64,000 nucleotides of DNA from a virus: IMG/VR virus record IMGVR_UViG_3300032315_000748; one strand, given 5' to 3'. Under the pieces are notes generated by a model that made no database searches, had not been told where the DNA came from, and was given only the letters and a program-made list of their open reading frames with translations. Of this stretch, positions 47,365-56,530 are shown piece after piece. The position numbers and the translations under genes are program-made. Position 1 is the first letter of the stretch; every line of letters begins with the position of its first letter.

Positions 47365-47619
47365 ATGTTAAAGGTTAGATGTAAAAATTGTAATGCTGTG
47401 TTGGAGTCTCATCCGACACAGACCAGATGTTGTGGTTGTGATAATTTCACAACTTTAAGAGGAGAGAATATCTCTGGGTTAGATTTAACACGAATAGAAT
47501 TAATTTCAAATTTTCGTGGTGAATCTAATTCAACAACACTTCTTACACAAGAAGATATTGCTTATCACGAAGCAAGACGAAACCGCAAAATTAGAAAAAT
47601 GGAGTTTGAAATTAGATGA
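47365..47619 (+). CDS. Small zinc-ribbon protein
   Basis: CKNC...CCGC. Confidence 0.7.
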   Translation: MLKVRCKNCNAVLESHPTQTRCCGCDNFTTLRGENISGLDLTRIELISNFRGESNSTTLLTQEDIAYHEARRNRKIRKMEFEIR

Positions 47620-47774
47620 GTTGGGAATCCCCAAAACTTTCAAAAAGAGATATTGAACTACTTACAGTCACTCTTGATGATTATATTTTTTATGCCAAAA
47701 ACGATGGTGGCCCTGATACGGGAGAAGTTGAAAGATTTCTTCATAGATTAGAAGATCATTTAAATAAGTTTTGA
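47616..47774 (+). CDS. Small hypothetical protein (52 aa)
   Basis: MSWESPKLSKRDIELL...LEDHLNKF; ATGA overlap. Confidence 0.6.
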   Translation: MSWESPKLSKRDIELLTVTLDDYIFYAKNDGGPDTGEVERFLHRLEDHLNKF

Positions 47775-47835
47775 TTTCAACATAGTTATAGATTTTAACA
47801 TTTATAACTATTAGTATCCTCTTGATACAAAATAA

Positions 47836-47985
47836 ATGGATCAACACACCTATGATAATTGGATTAAGATCAAAGAAACTTTTGAAAAATCCGGCAATAC
47901 TAATAATATGTTTTATAGACGTGCTTGTGAAATTATAAAATCAAAAAAAGACCCATTAGCAAAATATCTTGGTGATGAAAAATGA
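47836..47985 (+). CDS. Small cyanophage-type hypothetical protein (49 aa)
   Basis: MDQHTYDNWIKIKETFEKSGNTNNMFYRRACEI...DPL. Confidence 0.65.
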   Translation: MDQHTYDNWIKIKETFEKSGNTNNMFYRRACEIIKSKKDPLAKYLGDEK

Positions 47986-48125
47986 ATCGTGATGAAATTG
48001 AAAAATTGATTGACGAAAAAATTCAACAGCACGAATTTAGAATTGGTGCCATTAGTGGAATTTTGGGGTCTTTATTTGTATTTGGAATTATTCACGCAAT
48101 TTGGTTAATTAAAGAAAGCATATAA
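47982..48125 (+). CDS. Small single-TM protein (47 aa)
   Basis: MNRDEIEKLIDEKIQQHEFRIGAISGILGSLFVFGIIHAIWLI; ATGA overlap. Confidence 0.6.
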   Translation: MNRDEIEKLIDEKIQQHEFRIGAISGILGSLFVFGIIHAIWLIKESI

Positions 48126-48131
48126 ATTCTC

Positions 48132-48160
48132 TTGACAGGTTAACAGATTTATGGTATAAT
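48132..48160 (+). promoter_or_regulatory. Consensus sigma70 promoter
   Basis: TTGACA-17 nt-TATAAT with TG extension. Confidence 0.85.
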
Positions 48161-48185
48161 TAATTCACACAACTTAAATGTGATT

Positions 48186-48386
48186 ATGGAAACTTTTACA
48201 ATTGAAGAATTTCAAAAAGATTTTGATAATCTTTTAGGAAGAGTTGAGACTGGTGAATCTTTTATGATTACTAGTGAAGGGAAGGAAGTTATTATAATGC
48301 CTGCTGAAGATTATAATTACATAGTTTATGGTGATGATATGGACGACCTTATCCGAATACACACGGATCACGAAGAAGGTAGTTGA
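48186..48386 (+). CDS. Phd/YefM-like antitoxin-fold protein
   Basis: METFTIEEFQKDFDNLLGRVETGESFMITSEGKEVIIMP fits the Phd/YefM pattern. Confidence 0.6.
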   Translation: METFTIEEFQKDFDNLLGRVETGESFMITSEGKEVIIMPAEDYNYIVYGDDMDDLIRIHTDHEEGS

Positions 48387-48411
48387 CAAAAAATCCTAGT
48401 TTCCATATACT
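48383..48411 (+). promoter_or_regulatory. Sigma70 promoter for the tRNA-like RNA
   Basis: TTGACA-17 nt-TATACT; predicted +1 near 48418. Confidence 0.75.
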
Positions 48412-48420
48412 AGGTCTTAT

Positions 48421-48508
48421 GGTCGTCAGAACAGGTGTTCAGAGGAGTCTTATAAACTCTTTGCCCCAGATTAGGGCCTTTGGCAGGGATCGTTACCCTG
48501 GGCGACTA
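48421..48508 (+). ncRNA. Non-canonical tRNA-like RNA, anticodon TAT
   Basis: Acceptor GGTCGTC/GGCGACT; D-arm GAAC-aggt-GTTC; GGAGT-cttataa-ACTCT; variable arm GCCC-cagatta-GGGC; T-arm CAGGG-atcgtta-CCCTG. Confidence 0.7.
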
Positions 48509-48570
48509 TTACTAAATACAACGAGAGAGTTTATTACTCTCTTTTTTAATATAATATTGTAAAATTTTTT

Positions 48571-49071
48571 ATGAAAATTGGTTTTAATTGTAGTTCATTT
48601 GATTTGTTTCACGCTGGGCACGTTACTATGCTCAAAATGGAAAAAGAATTATGCGACTATTTAAAAGTTGCACTTCAAGTTGATCCAACCGTAGATCGTC
48701 CTGGCATTAAAAATAAACCAGTACAATCTGCTTACGAACGTTATGTTCAACTTCAAGGATGCAAGTATGTTGATGAAATCCTTGTTTATGAAACAGAAGA
48801 AGATCTTCTTAATTTAATTCAATCTCAAACAATTCATATAAGATTTTTGAGTGAAGAATATAAAGATAGAGATTTTACTGCAAAGCAATACTGTATTGAT
48901 AATGGAATAGAATTGTTTTTTCATTTGAGGAGACATAAGTATTCTTCAACTGAAATTAGAAATAGAGTTCATTATCTTGAAGAACAAAAAAGAATAAAAA
49001 AATCAGAAGAAAATGTAATAGAACAATATTCCCCAGAAATTTTAGAAAAATATTCTATTAAAGATAATTAA
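48571..49071 (+). CDS. Cytidylyltransferase (TagD/RfaE-like)
   Basis: SFDLFHAGH, KPVQSAYER, YVDE, YSSTEIR. Confidence 0.88.
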   Translation: MKIGFNCSSFDLFHAGHVTMLKMEKELCDYLKVALQVDPTVDRPGIKNKPVQSAYERYVQLQGCKYVDEILVYETEEDLLNLIQSQTIHIRFLSEEYKDRDFTAKQYCIDNGIELFFHLRRHKYSSTEIRNRVHYLEEQKRIKKSEENVIEQYSPEILEKYSIKDN

Positions 49072-49073
49072 CT

Positions 49074-49994
49074 ATGACAATTTTAGTGACTGGTGGGTGT
49101 GGATTTATTGGCAGTAATTTTATTCACCATTTAAAAAAGAGAACAAGTGAAAAAATCATTTGTATTGATAAAATGACTTATGCTGCTGATTATGGAAATA
49201 TTTCAAATTTAGATATTGAATTATATCCACTTGATATTAATAATTCGGATTATGTATTTAAAGAAAATAAAATTAAAACTGTCTATCATTTTGCTGCGGA
49301 AAGTCACGTAGATAATTCAATTAAAAGTTGCTCCGAATTTATCAATACTAATATTAATGGAACAGTCAATCTTTTGAATCTTTCTATGAAATATAATGTT
49401 GAGAAGTTCATTCATATTTCTACGGATGAAGTTTACGGTTCAATTGAACACGGTAAATTTACGGAAACAACAACATATAATCCAAGAAATCCATATTCAG
49501 CATCAAAGGCTGCAAGTGATCATTTTGTGATGGCTTTTCATAATACTTACGGTCTTCCTGCTATCATTACAAATTGTTCAAATAACTATGGACCAAGACA
49601 GCACGAAGAAAAATTAATTCCAAAGACAATTAAAAATTTAATGATGGGGAATAAAGTTCCTATCTATGGTGATGGGCAACAAATTCGTGATTGGTTATAT
49701 GTTCAAGACCATTGTGAGGCAATTTTAGTTGTGGCAAAAAAAGGAAAGTTTGGTGAAAAGTATAATATTGGTGGAGAATGTGAAGTCAAAAATCTTGATT
49801 TGATAAAAAATATTCTTAATATTATGAAAAAAGAAGAAGATGTGATAGAATATGTGAAGGACCGTCCGGGGCACGACCGTAGATATTCAACTGATATTAC
49901 TAAAATACAAACTGAACTTGGTTGGTCTCCTAGATTTAATTTAGAACAAGGATTGGAAAAAACTATTGAATGGTATAAAAGTCATTTACAATAA
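49074..49994 (+). CDS. rfbB: dTDP-glucose 4,6-dehydratase
   Basis: GGCGFIG, AAESHVDNSI, STDEVYG, YSASK, DRPGHDRRY. Confidence 0.93.
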   Translation: MTILVTGGCGFIGSNFIHHLKKRTSEKIICIDKMTYAADYGNISNLDIELYPLDINNSDYVFKENKIKTVYHFAAESHVDNSIKSCSEFINTNINGTVNLLNLSMKYNVEKFIHISTDEVYGSIEHGKFTETTTYNPRNPYSASKAASDHFVMAFHNTYGLPAIITNCSNNYGPRQHEEKLIPKTIKNLMMGNKVPIYGDGQQIRDWLYVQDHCEAILVVAKKGKFGEKYNIGGECEVKNLDLIKNILNIMKKEEDVIEYVKDRPGHDRRYSTDITKIQTELGWSPRFNLEQGLEKTIEWYKSHLQ

Positions 49995-50041
49995 AGGCAT
50001 TTTAAACTAGAATACATAGTAAAGACATTAATGATTGGTTT

Positions 50042-51088
50042 ATGAGTCAATATAAAAAAACTGCACTTGTTCTCGGTGCAGGTGGCTTTATTGGAAGTCA
50101 TATGGTAAAACGATTGAGGTCCGAAGGATATTGGGTTACCGGAGTAGATATTAAATATCCAGAATATTCTAAAAGTGAAGCAAATGAATTTATTATTGGA
50201 AATTTGACAGATCAAATTTTTACTAGTAAAGTAGTAATGTTTAAAGGATATCAACAAAATTTTCACAATTTTGTTCCTTCAAAATACATATCAACATTTG
50301 ATGAAATCTATCAGTTTGCTGCCGATATGGGAGGTGCTGGGTATATCTTTACTGGAGAGCACGATGCTGATGTGATGAATAATTCTTGTTCTATCAATTT
50401 GAATATTCTTCGTTCAGTTAAAAATTTAAATGATACTTTTGGGTTGAATAAAACAAAAATCTTTTATTCATCATCAGCGTGTATGTATCCAGAGCACAAT
50501 CAATTAGATCCCAACAATCCAAACTGTCGTGAAGAATCCGCTTATCCTGCTAGTCCAGACTCTGAATATGGATGGGAAAAACTTTTTTCAGAACGTCTTT
50601 ACTTTGCGTACAATAGGAATTATAATATACCTGTGCGTGTATGTCGCTATCATAACATCTTTGGCCCCGAAGGGACCTGGAAAGGTGGAAAAGAAAAGTC
50701 CCCAGCAGCAATTTGTCGCAAAGTAGCAGAAATTCCCGATCTTGGTGGGTCTATTGAAGTTTGGGGTGATGGGCGGCAAACTCGTAGTTTTCTTTATATT
50801 GATGAATGTATTGAAGCAACACGAAGATTGATGGAATCTGATTTTATGGGACCAGTTAATATTGGTTCCGAAGAAATGGTAACAATCAATCAACTTGTAG
50901 ATATTACTGCTAAAGTTTCTGGCAAAGCAGTACAGAAAAGATATAAATTGGATGCTCCCCTTGGCGTCCGTGGTCGTAATTCTAATAATGACTTAATTCG
51001 TAAAGAACTCGGTTGGGATTATAGTATGACTTTAGAAGAGGGTATTACAAAAACTTACAAATGGATTGAGGAACAATTAAATGGTTGA
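50042..51088 (+). CDS. NAD-dependent epimerase, GDP-mannose 3,5-epimerase-like
   Basis: GAGGFIG, AADMGGAGYI, SSACMYP, YGWEK, GVRGRNS; own promoter TTTACA(49985)-17 nt-TAGAAT. Confidence 0.88.
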   Translation: MSQYKKTALVLGAGGFIGSHMVKRLRSEGYWVTGVDIKYPEYSKSEANEFIIGNLTDQIFTSKVVMFKGYQQNFHNFVPSKYISTFDEIYQFAADMGGAGYIFTGEHDADVMNNSCSINLNILRSVKNLNDTFGLNKTKIFYSSSACMYPEHNQLDPNNPNCREESAYPASPDSEYGWEKLFSERLYFAYNRNYNIPVRVCRYHNIFGPEGTWKGGKEKSPAAICRKVAEIPDLGGSIEVWGDGRQTRSFLYIDECIEATRRLMESDFMGPVNIGSEEMVTINQLVDITAKVSGKAVQKRYKLDAPLGVRGRNSNNDLIRKELGWDYSMTLEEGITKTYKWIEEQLNG

Positions 51089-51734
51089 AAATTTTTCTTG
51101 GATTGAAAATAGAAAAAGTAATTTTAGAGAATATGTTCGCTCTTTAGAGGATACTAATATAAGTGAAATTTTGGGAGCAATTCCTTCTGGTTGGAATCTA
51201 CCTCCAAAAAGTCATAATGAGTTTGTTATTTGGTTGATGAATAGAATACAACCAAATCTGACTGTAGAACTTGGTGTAGATTATGGGTATTCTTCATTTT
51301 TGCTTGCATTAAATACTAAAAATAAAGTAATTGGTATTGATTGTTTTGAAGCAGAAAAACATGCAATAAGAGAATCTGATGATTATCAATTTGTTTTGGA
51401 TGTCAAAGAAAAATTAAAACTTGATAATTTGGAAATTATTAAATCATACTTTAATGATGTAGCAAAAACTTGGGACCAAAAAATTGATTTGCTTCATATT
51501 GATGGTCTTCATGACTATGATAATTGTAAGAATGATTGCGACACTTGGGCACCATTTTTGCAAGAAAATGGGGTAATTATATTTCATGATACTATATCTG
51601 CTCCAGATGGAGTTGGGCGTTTCTTTTCGCAACTTGAAGTTCCAAAAGTGAATTTTGAAAATTCTTATGGATTGGGAGTTGCTTCAAATAATAAAGAATT
51701 AATTGAAGAAATTAAACAAGTTTTTAATTTATGA
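51081..51734 (+). CDS. Class I SAM-dependent methyltransferase (Methyltransf_24-like)
   Basis: VELGVDYGYS, LLHIDGLHDY, GVIIFHD. Confidence 0.85.
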   Translation: MVENFSWIENRKSNFREYVRSLEDTNISEILGAIPSGWNLPPKSHNEFVIWLMNRIQPNLTVELGVDYGYSSFLLALNTKNKVIGIDCFEAEKHAIRESDDYQFVLDVKEKLKLDNLEIIKSYFNDVAKTWDQKIDLLHIDGLHDYDNCKNDCDTWAPFLQENGVIIFHDTISAPDGVGRFFSQLEVPKVNFENSYGLGVASNNKELIEEIKQVFNL

Positions 51735-51793
51735 TGTTTGTGTGTGAAATGTGAACAATTATAAAAAATTAGAAATATTTGATTTTTTAAAAA

Positions 51794-52654
51794 ATGAAAA
51801 AAATAACTATTCTTGGATCTAGTGGACAGATCGGCGCTTATCTTACAGATCATCTACGTGAGAAAGGTCATATAGTTGAAGAGTTTGATATAGTCAATGG
51901 ACCTTCGCAAGATATGACTGTGATACCTAACCAATATCTTGAAATAAAAATTAGAGATTCTGATTTTGTATTCTTTCTTGCATTTGATGTTGGTGGTTCT
52001 CGTTACCTCAAAAAGTATCAACATACCTTTGATTTTATTGATAATAATACCAGATTGATGGCAAATGCTTTTGGTTTATTGGAAAAACATAAAAAGCCAT
52101 TTGTATTTGCTTCTTCTCAAATGAGTAATATGACTTATTCTCCATATGGTGTTCTTAAAAATGTTGGAGAACTTTATACCAAATCTCTAGAAGGTTTAAT
52201 TGTAAAATTCTGGAATGTTTATGGTATTGAAAAAGATCACGAAAAAGCACACGCAATTACTGACTTTATTCGTAAGGGATTTGAAACTGGCGTAATTGAT
52301 ATGCTCACAGATGGACAAGAAGAACGTGATTTTCTTTATGCCGAAGATTGCTGTGAAGCACTAGAAACTATAATGAATAATTATAAAGAATTTCGTTCTG
52401 ATGATGATCTACACGTTACAAGTTTTAGATACACAAAGATTATTGATATTGCTGAAATAATTAAAGGTCAATTTAATTTGATTGGTAAGTATGATGTTAA
52501 AATTGTACCATCTAAAGAAACAGATAATATACAATTGAATAAAAAAAATCAAGCAAATACATTCATCACAAAATGGTGGTTGCCTAAAACAACAATAGAT
52601 CAAGGAATTTCAAAAGTTTTTAAAGATATGGAGAAAAATTATGTTAGCGTGTAA
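51794..52654 (+). CDS. NAD-dependent epimerase/dehydratase
   Basis: GSSGQIG, YGVLK, NVYG, ERDFLYAED. Confidence 0.85.
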   Translation: MKKITILGSSGQIGAYLTDHLREKGHIVEEFDIVNGPSQDMTVIPNQYLEIKIRDSDFVFFLAFDVGGSRYLKKYQHTFDFIDNNTRLMANAFGLLEKHKKPFVFASSQMSNMTYSPYGVLKNVGELYTKSLEGLIVKFWNVYGIEKDHEKAHAITDFIRKGFETGVIDMLTDGQEERDFLYAEDCCEALETIMNNYKEFRSDDDLHVTSFRYTKIIDIAEIIKGQFNLIGKYDVKIVPSKETDNIQLNKKNQANTFITKWWLPKTTIDQGISKVFKDMEKNYVSV

Positions 52655-53483
52655 TCAACTTGGCAATAATGGAAGACTTGGGAATCAAATGTTCCAATAT
52701 GCTGCATTAAAAGGTATCGCACATCGTAGAGGATTTGATTATTGTATTCCCCCATTTGACCAACAAGGAATTGATAATTATGGACTTGGTGATGCTTTTG
52801 ATATTAAATCTTTTACTGGTGTAGCAAATCTTCCATCAGTTGGAGAACCTCACTTTCATTATAGTGAAGAATTTCATAATACTTGCCCAGATGATGTGAC
52901 TCTTGTTGGATATTTTCAAACTGAAAAATATTTCAAAGAGATTGAAGATCAAATTCGCAAAGATTTTATTTTTAGAGATGAATGGATGGAACCTTGTAAA
53001 GGGTTTCTGCAAGAGTTTGGGGGGCAAGAGATTGCTTTCCTTCACGTTCGCCGTGGAGATCCAAATCTAGTAGATCGTAGGGGATTTAAATGGGCATACG
53101 TGAATTGCTCTGATCAACACCCAGTTCAACCTTTGGAATACTACGAAGAGGCAATAAAACGGTTGCCAGAAGATATGCCAATATTGGTATTTTCGGATTC
53201 AATTGAATGGTGTAAAGAGCAAGAATTCTTTCAACCGGATAGATTTTTATTTTCAGAACCAGAAGACAAATATTCAGATGGTGCTTTGGTTCCTTATGTG
53301 GATTTGTGCTTGATGTCTTTGTGCGATCATGCTATAATTGCTAATAGTAGTATGAGTTGGTGGGGTGCTTGGTTGATGAAAAATCCAAACAAGAAAGTAA
53401 TCGCACCAAAAATGTGGTTTGGGACAGCGTATTCTCAACATAACATAAAAGATATTTACTGTGATGATTGGGAGATTATTTGA
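52641..53483 (+). CDS. GT11 alpha-1,2-fucosyltransferase-like protein
   Basis: GRLGNQMFQYA, GYFQTEKYF, HVRRGD, ANSSMSWWGAW. Confidence 0.9.
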   Translation: MLACNQLGNNGRLGNQMFQYAALKGIAHRRGFDYCIPPFDQQGIDNYGLGDAFDIKSFTGVANLPSVGEPHFHYSEEFHNTCPDDVTLVGYFQTEKYFKEIEDQIRKDFIFRDEWMEPCKGFLQEFGGQEIAFLHVRRGDPNLVDRRGFKWAYVNCSDQHPVQPLEYYEEAIKRLPEDMPILVFSDSIEWCKEQEFFQPDRFLFSEPEDKYSDGALVPYVDLCLMSLCDHAIIANSSMSWWGAWLMKNPNKKVIAPKMWFGTAYSQHNIKDIYCDDWEII

Positions 53484-54310
53484 TGATTTATATTTCTGGA
53501 TCTAATGGATTGATTGGAACAGAACTGACAAAAAATATTCAAAACTATATTCCAATTTCCTACAGAAATCAATATCCAGAAATAAATTTCTTACCAAATT
53601 CTACATTAATTCATTTATCATCATCAACTACTCCAAGAAATAGTTTTGATGAATTGGAATCATCATTTAATAGTGATGTTTTGATTCCTTTTGAATTGTT
53701 TCAAAATTATTTAAAAGTAAATCCAAATGGAAGAATTATTTTTCTTTCTACTGCTGGGGATTTGCATAGTTCTGAATTTGATATTTGTTCTAATGAAGAA
53801 TCGCAACCTATCCCAAAGTCAATTTATGGAACACACAAATTACTTTTAGAACATTATACAAAGTTGCTTCATAGTCAATATGATTTTACGAGTATAGTTT
53901 TAAGAACTACAAATGTTTATGGCGGAAAGATTGACTCAAAAAGAGTGAATGGATTGATTGATAAGTTGATTTGTAATAATGGTGAAATCGTAATGACATC
54001 AAATATCAAAACAACTGTCAATTTTATTCATATTAGTGATTTGATTAATTTAATTTTACAATCATTAGATGTTAGTCTTAAAGGATTTAATTTATTTTTG
54101 GTTGGTAGTGAAAAGTCCATCTCTATTCAAGATTTGATAGAAAAAATATCCACATATATTTCTCCAAATATTGTATTTAAAAATGAGAATTCAAATCCTT
54201 CATACATAAACATAGACACCTCAAAGGTGCAAAAATATTTCAATTGGAAATGTAATTATTCAATTGATAGTGGCATAATTAAACAAGTACAATCTTTGAA
54301 TTCTTTATGA
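53483..54310 (+). CDS. NAD-dependent epimerase/dehydratase
   Basis: GSNGLIG, YGTHK, NVYG; start re-called at ATG 53483. Confidence 0.8.
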   Translation: MIYISGSNGLIGTELTKNIQNYIPISYRNQYPEINFLPNSTLIHLSSSTTPRNSFDELESSFNSDVLIPFELFQNYLKVNPNGRIIFLSTAGDLHSSEFDICSNEESQPIPKSIYGTHKLLLEHYTKLLHSQYDFTSIVLRTTNVYGGKIDSKRVNGLIDKLICNNGEIVMTSNIKTTVNFIHISDLINLILQSLDVSLKGFNLFLVGSEKSISIQDLIEKISTYISPNIVFKNENSNPSYINIDTSKVQKYFNWKCNYSIDSGIIKQVQSLNSL

Positions 54311-55026
54311 AAATTGCTATTTCATTTTTTGGAACAGGAAGTTATTTAAATTTCCTTCCAAATTGGTATACGTCCATTCACGATAATTTTCTTCCCGGTG
54401 TAGAAAAAAAGTTTATTGTATTTACAGATGGAGAGGGTGATTTTCCAGAAGACATCACTAAAATAGAAATAGAACATTTTGGGTGGCCTGATGTTTTCTA
54501 CAAAACATTTGAAACAATTTTGAAAGCAAAGGAAATTATTTCTGAATGTGATTGGTTTATTTCTATTGACGCAGATATGATTGTTAATGGTAAAGTATCT
54601 ATTGAAGAGTTTATTGATGAAACCAAAGATTATATTGGAGTTCATCATCCTTGTGCTTATTTGAAACTTCCGCCACACGACAAATATCCAGGATCGTTTG
54701 ATGTAAATCCATTATCAAATGCCTGCATCACCGAAGATATGGATACTTCTGTTTATTATCAAGGATGTTTGTGGGGTGGAAAGGTTCCTGAAATTCTTGA
54801 AATGATGAAACTTTTAGATGAATGGACAAAGAAAGATATTGAAAAGAATTCTACTCCCGTTTGGTATGAAGAATCTTATTTTAATAAATTTTTTATTGCA
54901 AACAAAGAAAGAGTACATACACTTCCTCCGTCATTTGCTTATCCAGAAGACTTTAAACAATATTGCGATTTTGAAGAAAAAATCACACACGTATCCAAAA
55001 ATAATCAACAATATCATAATCAATGA
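54307..55026 (+). CDS. GT6 family glycosyltransferase
   Basis: GTGSY..F, VFTD, WP, DAD, YYQGCLWGG, WYEESYFNK. Confidence 0.85.
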   Translation: MKIAISFFGTGSYLNFLPNWYTSIHDNFLPGVEKKFIVFTDGEGDFPEDITKIEIEHFGWPDVFYKTFETILKAKEIISECDWFISIDADMIVNGKVSIEEFIDETKDYIGVHHPCAYLKLPPHDKYPGSFDVNPLSNACITEDMDTSVYYQGCLWGGKVPEILEMMKLLDEWTKKDIEKNSTPVWYEESYFNKFFIANKERVHTLPPSFAYPEDFKQYCDFEEKITHVSKNNQQYHNQ

Positions 55027-55805
55027 CTATGACCAAAAATTTATCACTTTATTATCATATCTGGAGTCCTGGTGGAACAGATCTTTGGAAATTGATGGTA
55101 GATGAACAACTCAAAAGAATTTATCGCAATGGACTTACGGAAAGTGCTTCTATCTATTGTGCTATCAATGGACCACAAGCAAACCGAATTGCAGAATATG
55201 TTTCTATCTATGATTGGTTGAATGTTCTTGATGTTTCAATTGATGAAAGTGAATATGAAGGATTCACTTTAAAGAGAGCATACGAAGAGGCACATTTCAA
55301 TCCAGATTTAAAGGCAGTTGCTTATCTTCACACAAAAGGCATTAGTCATATGTGTGGAGTTCGGGATCACTACTCTGATCGTAAATTTAGAGCAGTGAAT
55401 AGTTGGAGACATCAAATGGAATGGGGCATTCTTGATCGGTGGAGAGAAGCAGTAGAAAAACTTGACGAACATCAAGTTTCTGGTGTAAACTATTGTTTAG
55501 ATCCTTGGCCTCATATGAGTGGAAACTTTTGGTGGGCACGAGCAGATTATCTTAAAACTTTAATTCATCCCACTAGAGATAGATTTCCAAATGACAATAG
55601 AGATTTTGGACCAATTCAAAGAATGAATTTTGAAAAATGGATTGGACTGAATAACCCAAAATCTTTCAGTTTTTATGATGCTCCATTTAGTTATGATTTT
55701 AAAGGAATGACACCAGACGTACAACCAACTCCACCTGGAGAACCACATTGGTTCTGGTTATACAGAGACGACATTGAACCCTATTATAGAAAGGAAGGTA
55801 AATGA
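55023..55805 (+). CDS. Putative glycosyltransferase-associated protein
   Basis: YLHTKG and HMSGNFWWA motifs; located in the sugar cluster. Confidence 0.55.
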   Translation: MTMTKNLSLYYHIWSPGGTDLWKLMVDEQLKRIYRNGLTESASIYCAINGPQANRIAEYVSIYDWLNVLDVSIDESEYEGFTLKRAYEEAHFNPDLKAVAYLHTKGISHMCGVRDHYSDRKFRAVNSWRHQMEWGILDRWREAVEKLDEHQVSGVNYCLDPWPHMSGNFWWARADYLKTLIHPTRDRFPNDNRDFGPIQRMNFEKWIGLNNPKSFSFYDAPFSYDFKGMTPDVQPTPPGEPHWFWLYRDDIEPYYRKEGK

Positions 55806-55806
55806 T

Positions 55807-56529
55807 ATGACTTTTGGATGCTTTCATACAGTGTATGAAAATAAAAGAGCAACAGAGTTTATTTTGCAAGAGTTTAGGAAATTTTATCCAGATGCTCCTT
55901 ATACTCTAATTTGTGATGGTGGAGTAGATTACTCCGATCTAGCAAAAAAATATAACTGCAAATACGTTCATTCTTATATGCGTATTGGTAGAAGGAATTG
56001 GGGAGATCCTTCTGGGATTTATGGATTTACAAAAGATGAAAGTCTTCATTGGATTCATCATTTTCGTGAAGCAGCACTTCATGTTAGAGAGAATGGCGGA
56101 ACTCATATGATTATGATGGAAGATGATGTCCTCACACAGGGGAAAGTTAAAATTGATCCTTCTTGGGAATGTGCTGGATTTGATGTTCCTGGAAATAAAA
56201 TTGAAACAGGACTTTTGGATTACATCTCGCTCAAATATGGAGCAAAACCAAATGTAGATTGGTATGGTGCTGGGGGCGGAAGCATCTATAATATTGACAC
56301 CTTTCTGGACAATTATCATAAAATTTATGATTTTATTGATTTTGAATTTGATTATATTTTAGAAAATCTAGATCATAGATTTGGATGGTTGGATCTTTAT
56401 ATGCAAATTGCTTATTTTATTTGCGGTAAAGATTATACGATTAATACTAATTTGACTGAAACTTGGAAAACACCAGATTTTAGAAATTCAAATTACTCAC
56501 TTGTTCACGCATATAAAGAACTTTATTGA
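55807..56529 (+). CDS. Putative GT-A fold glycosyltransferase
   Basis: LICDGG, MMEDDV, GGGS; start re-called at ATG 55807. Confidence 0.55.
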   Translation: MTFGCFHTVYENKRATEFILQEFRKFYPDAPYTLICDGGVDYSDLAKKYNCKYVHSYMRIGRRNWGDPSGIYGFTKDESLHWIHHFREAALHVRENGGTHMIMMEDDVLTQGKVKIDPSWECAGFDVPGNKIETGLLDYISLKYGAKPNVDWYGAGGGSIYNIDTFLDNYHKIYDFIDFEFDYILENLDHRFGWLDLYMQIAYFICGKDYTINTNLTETWKTPDFRNSNYSLVHAYKELY

Positions 56530-56530
56530 T

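Noticed and set aside
47814-47828. Possible NtcA box GTATCCTCTTGATAC
   Set aside because: Spacing is GTA-N9-TAC, not the required N8; it is only a short palindrome
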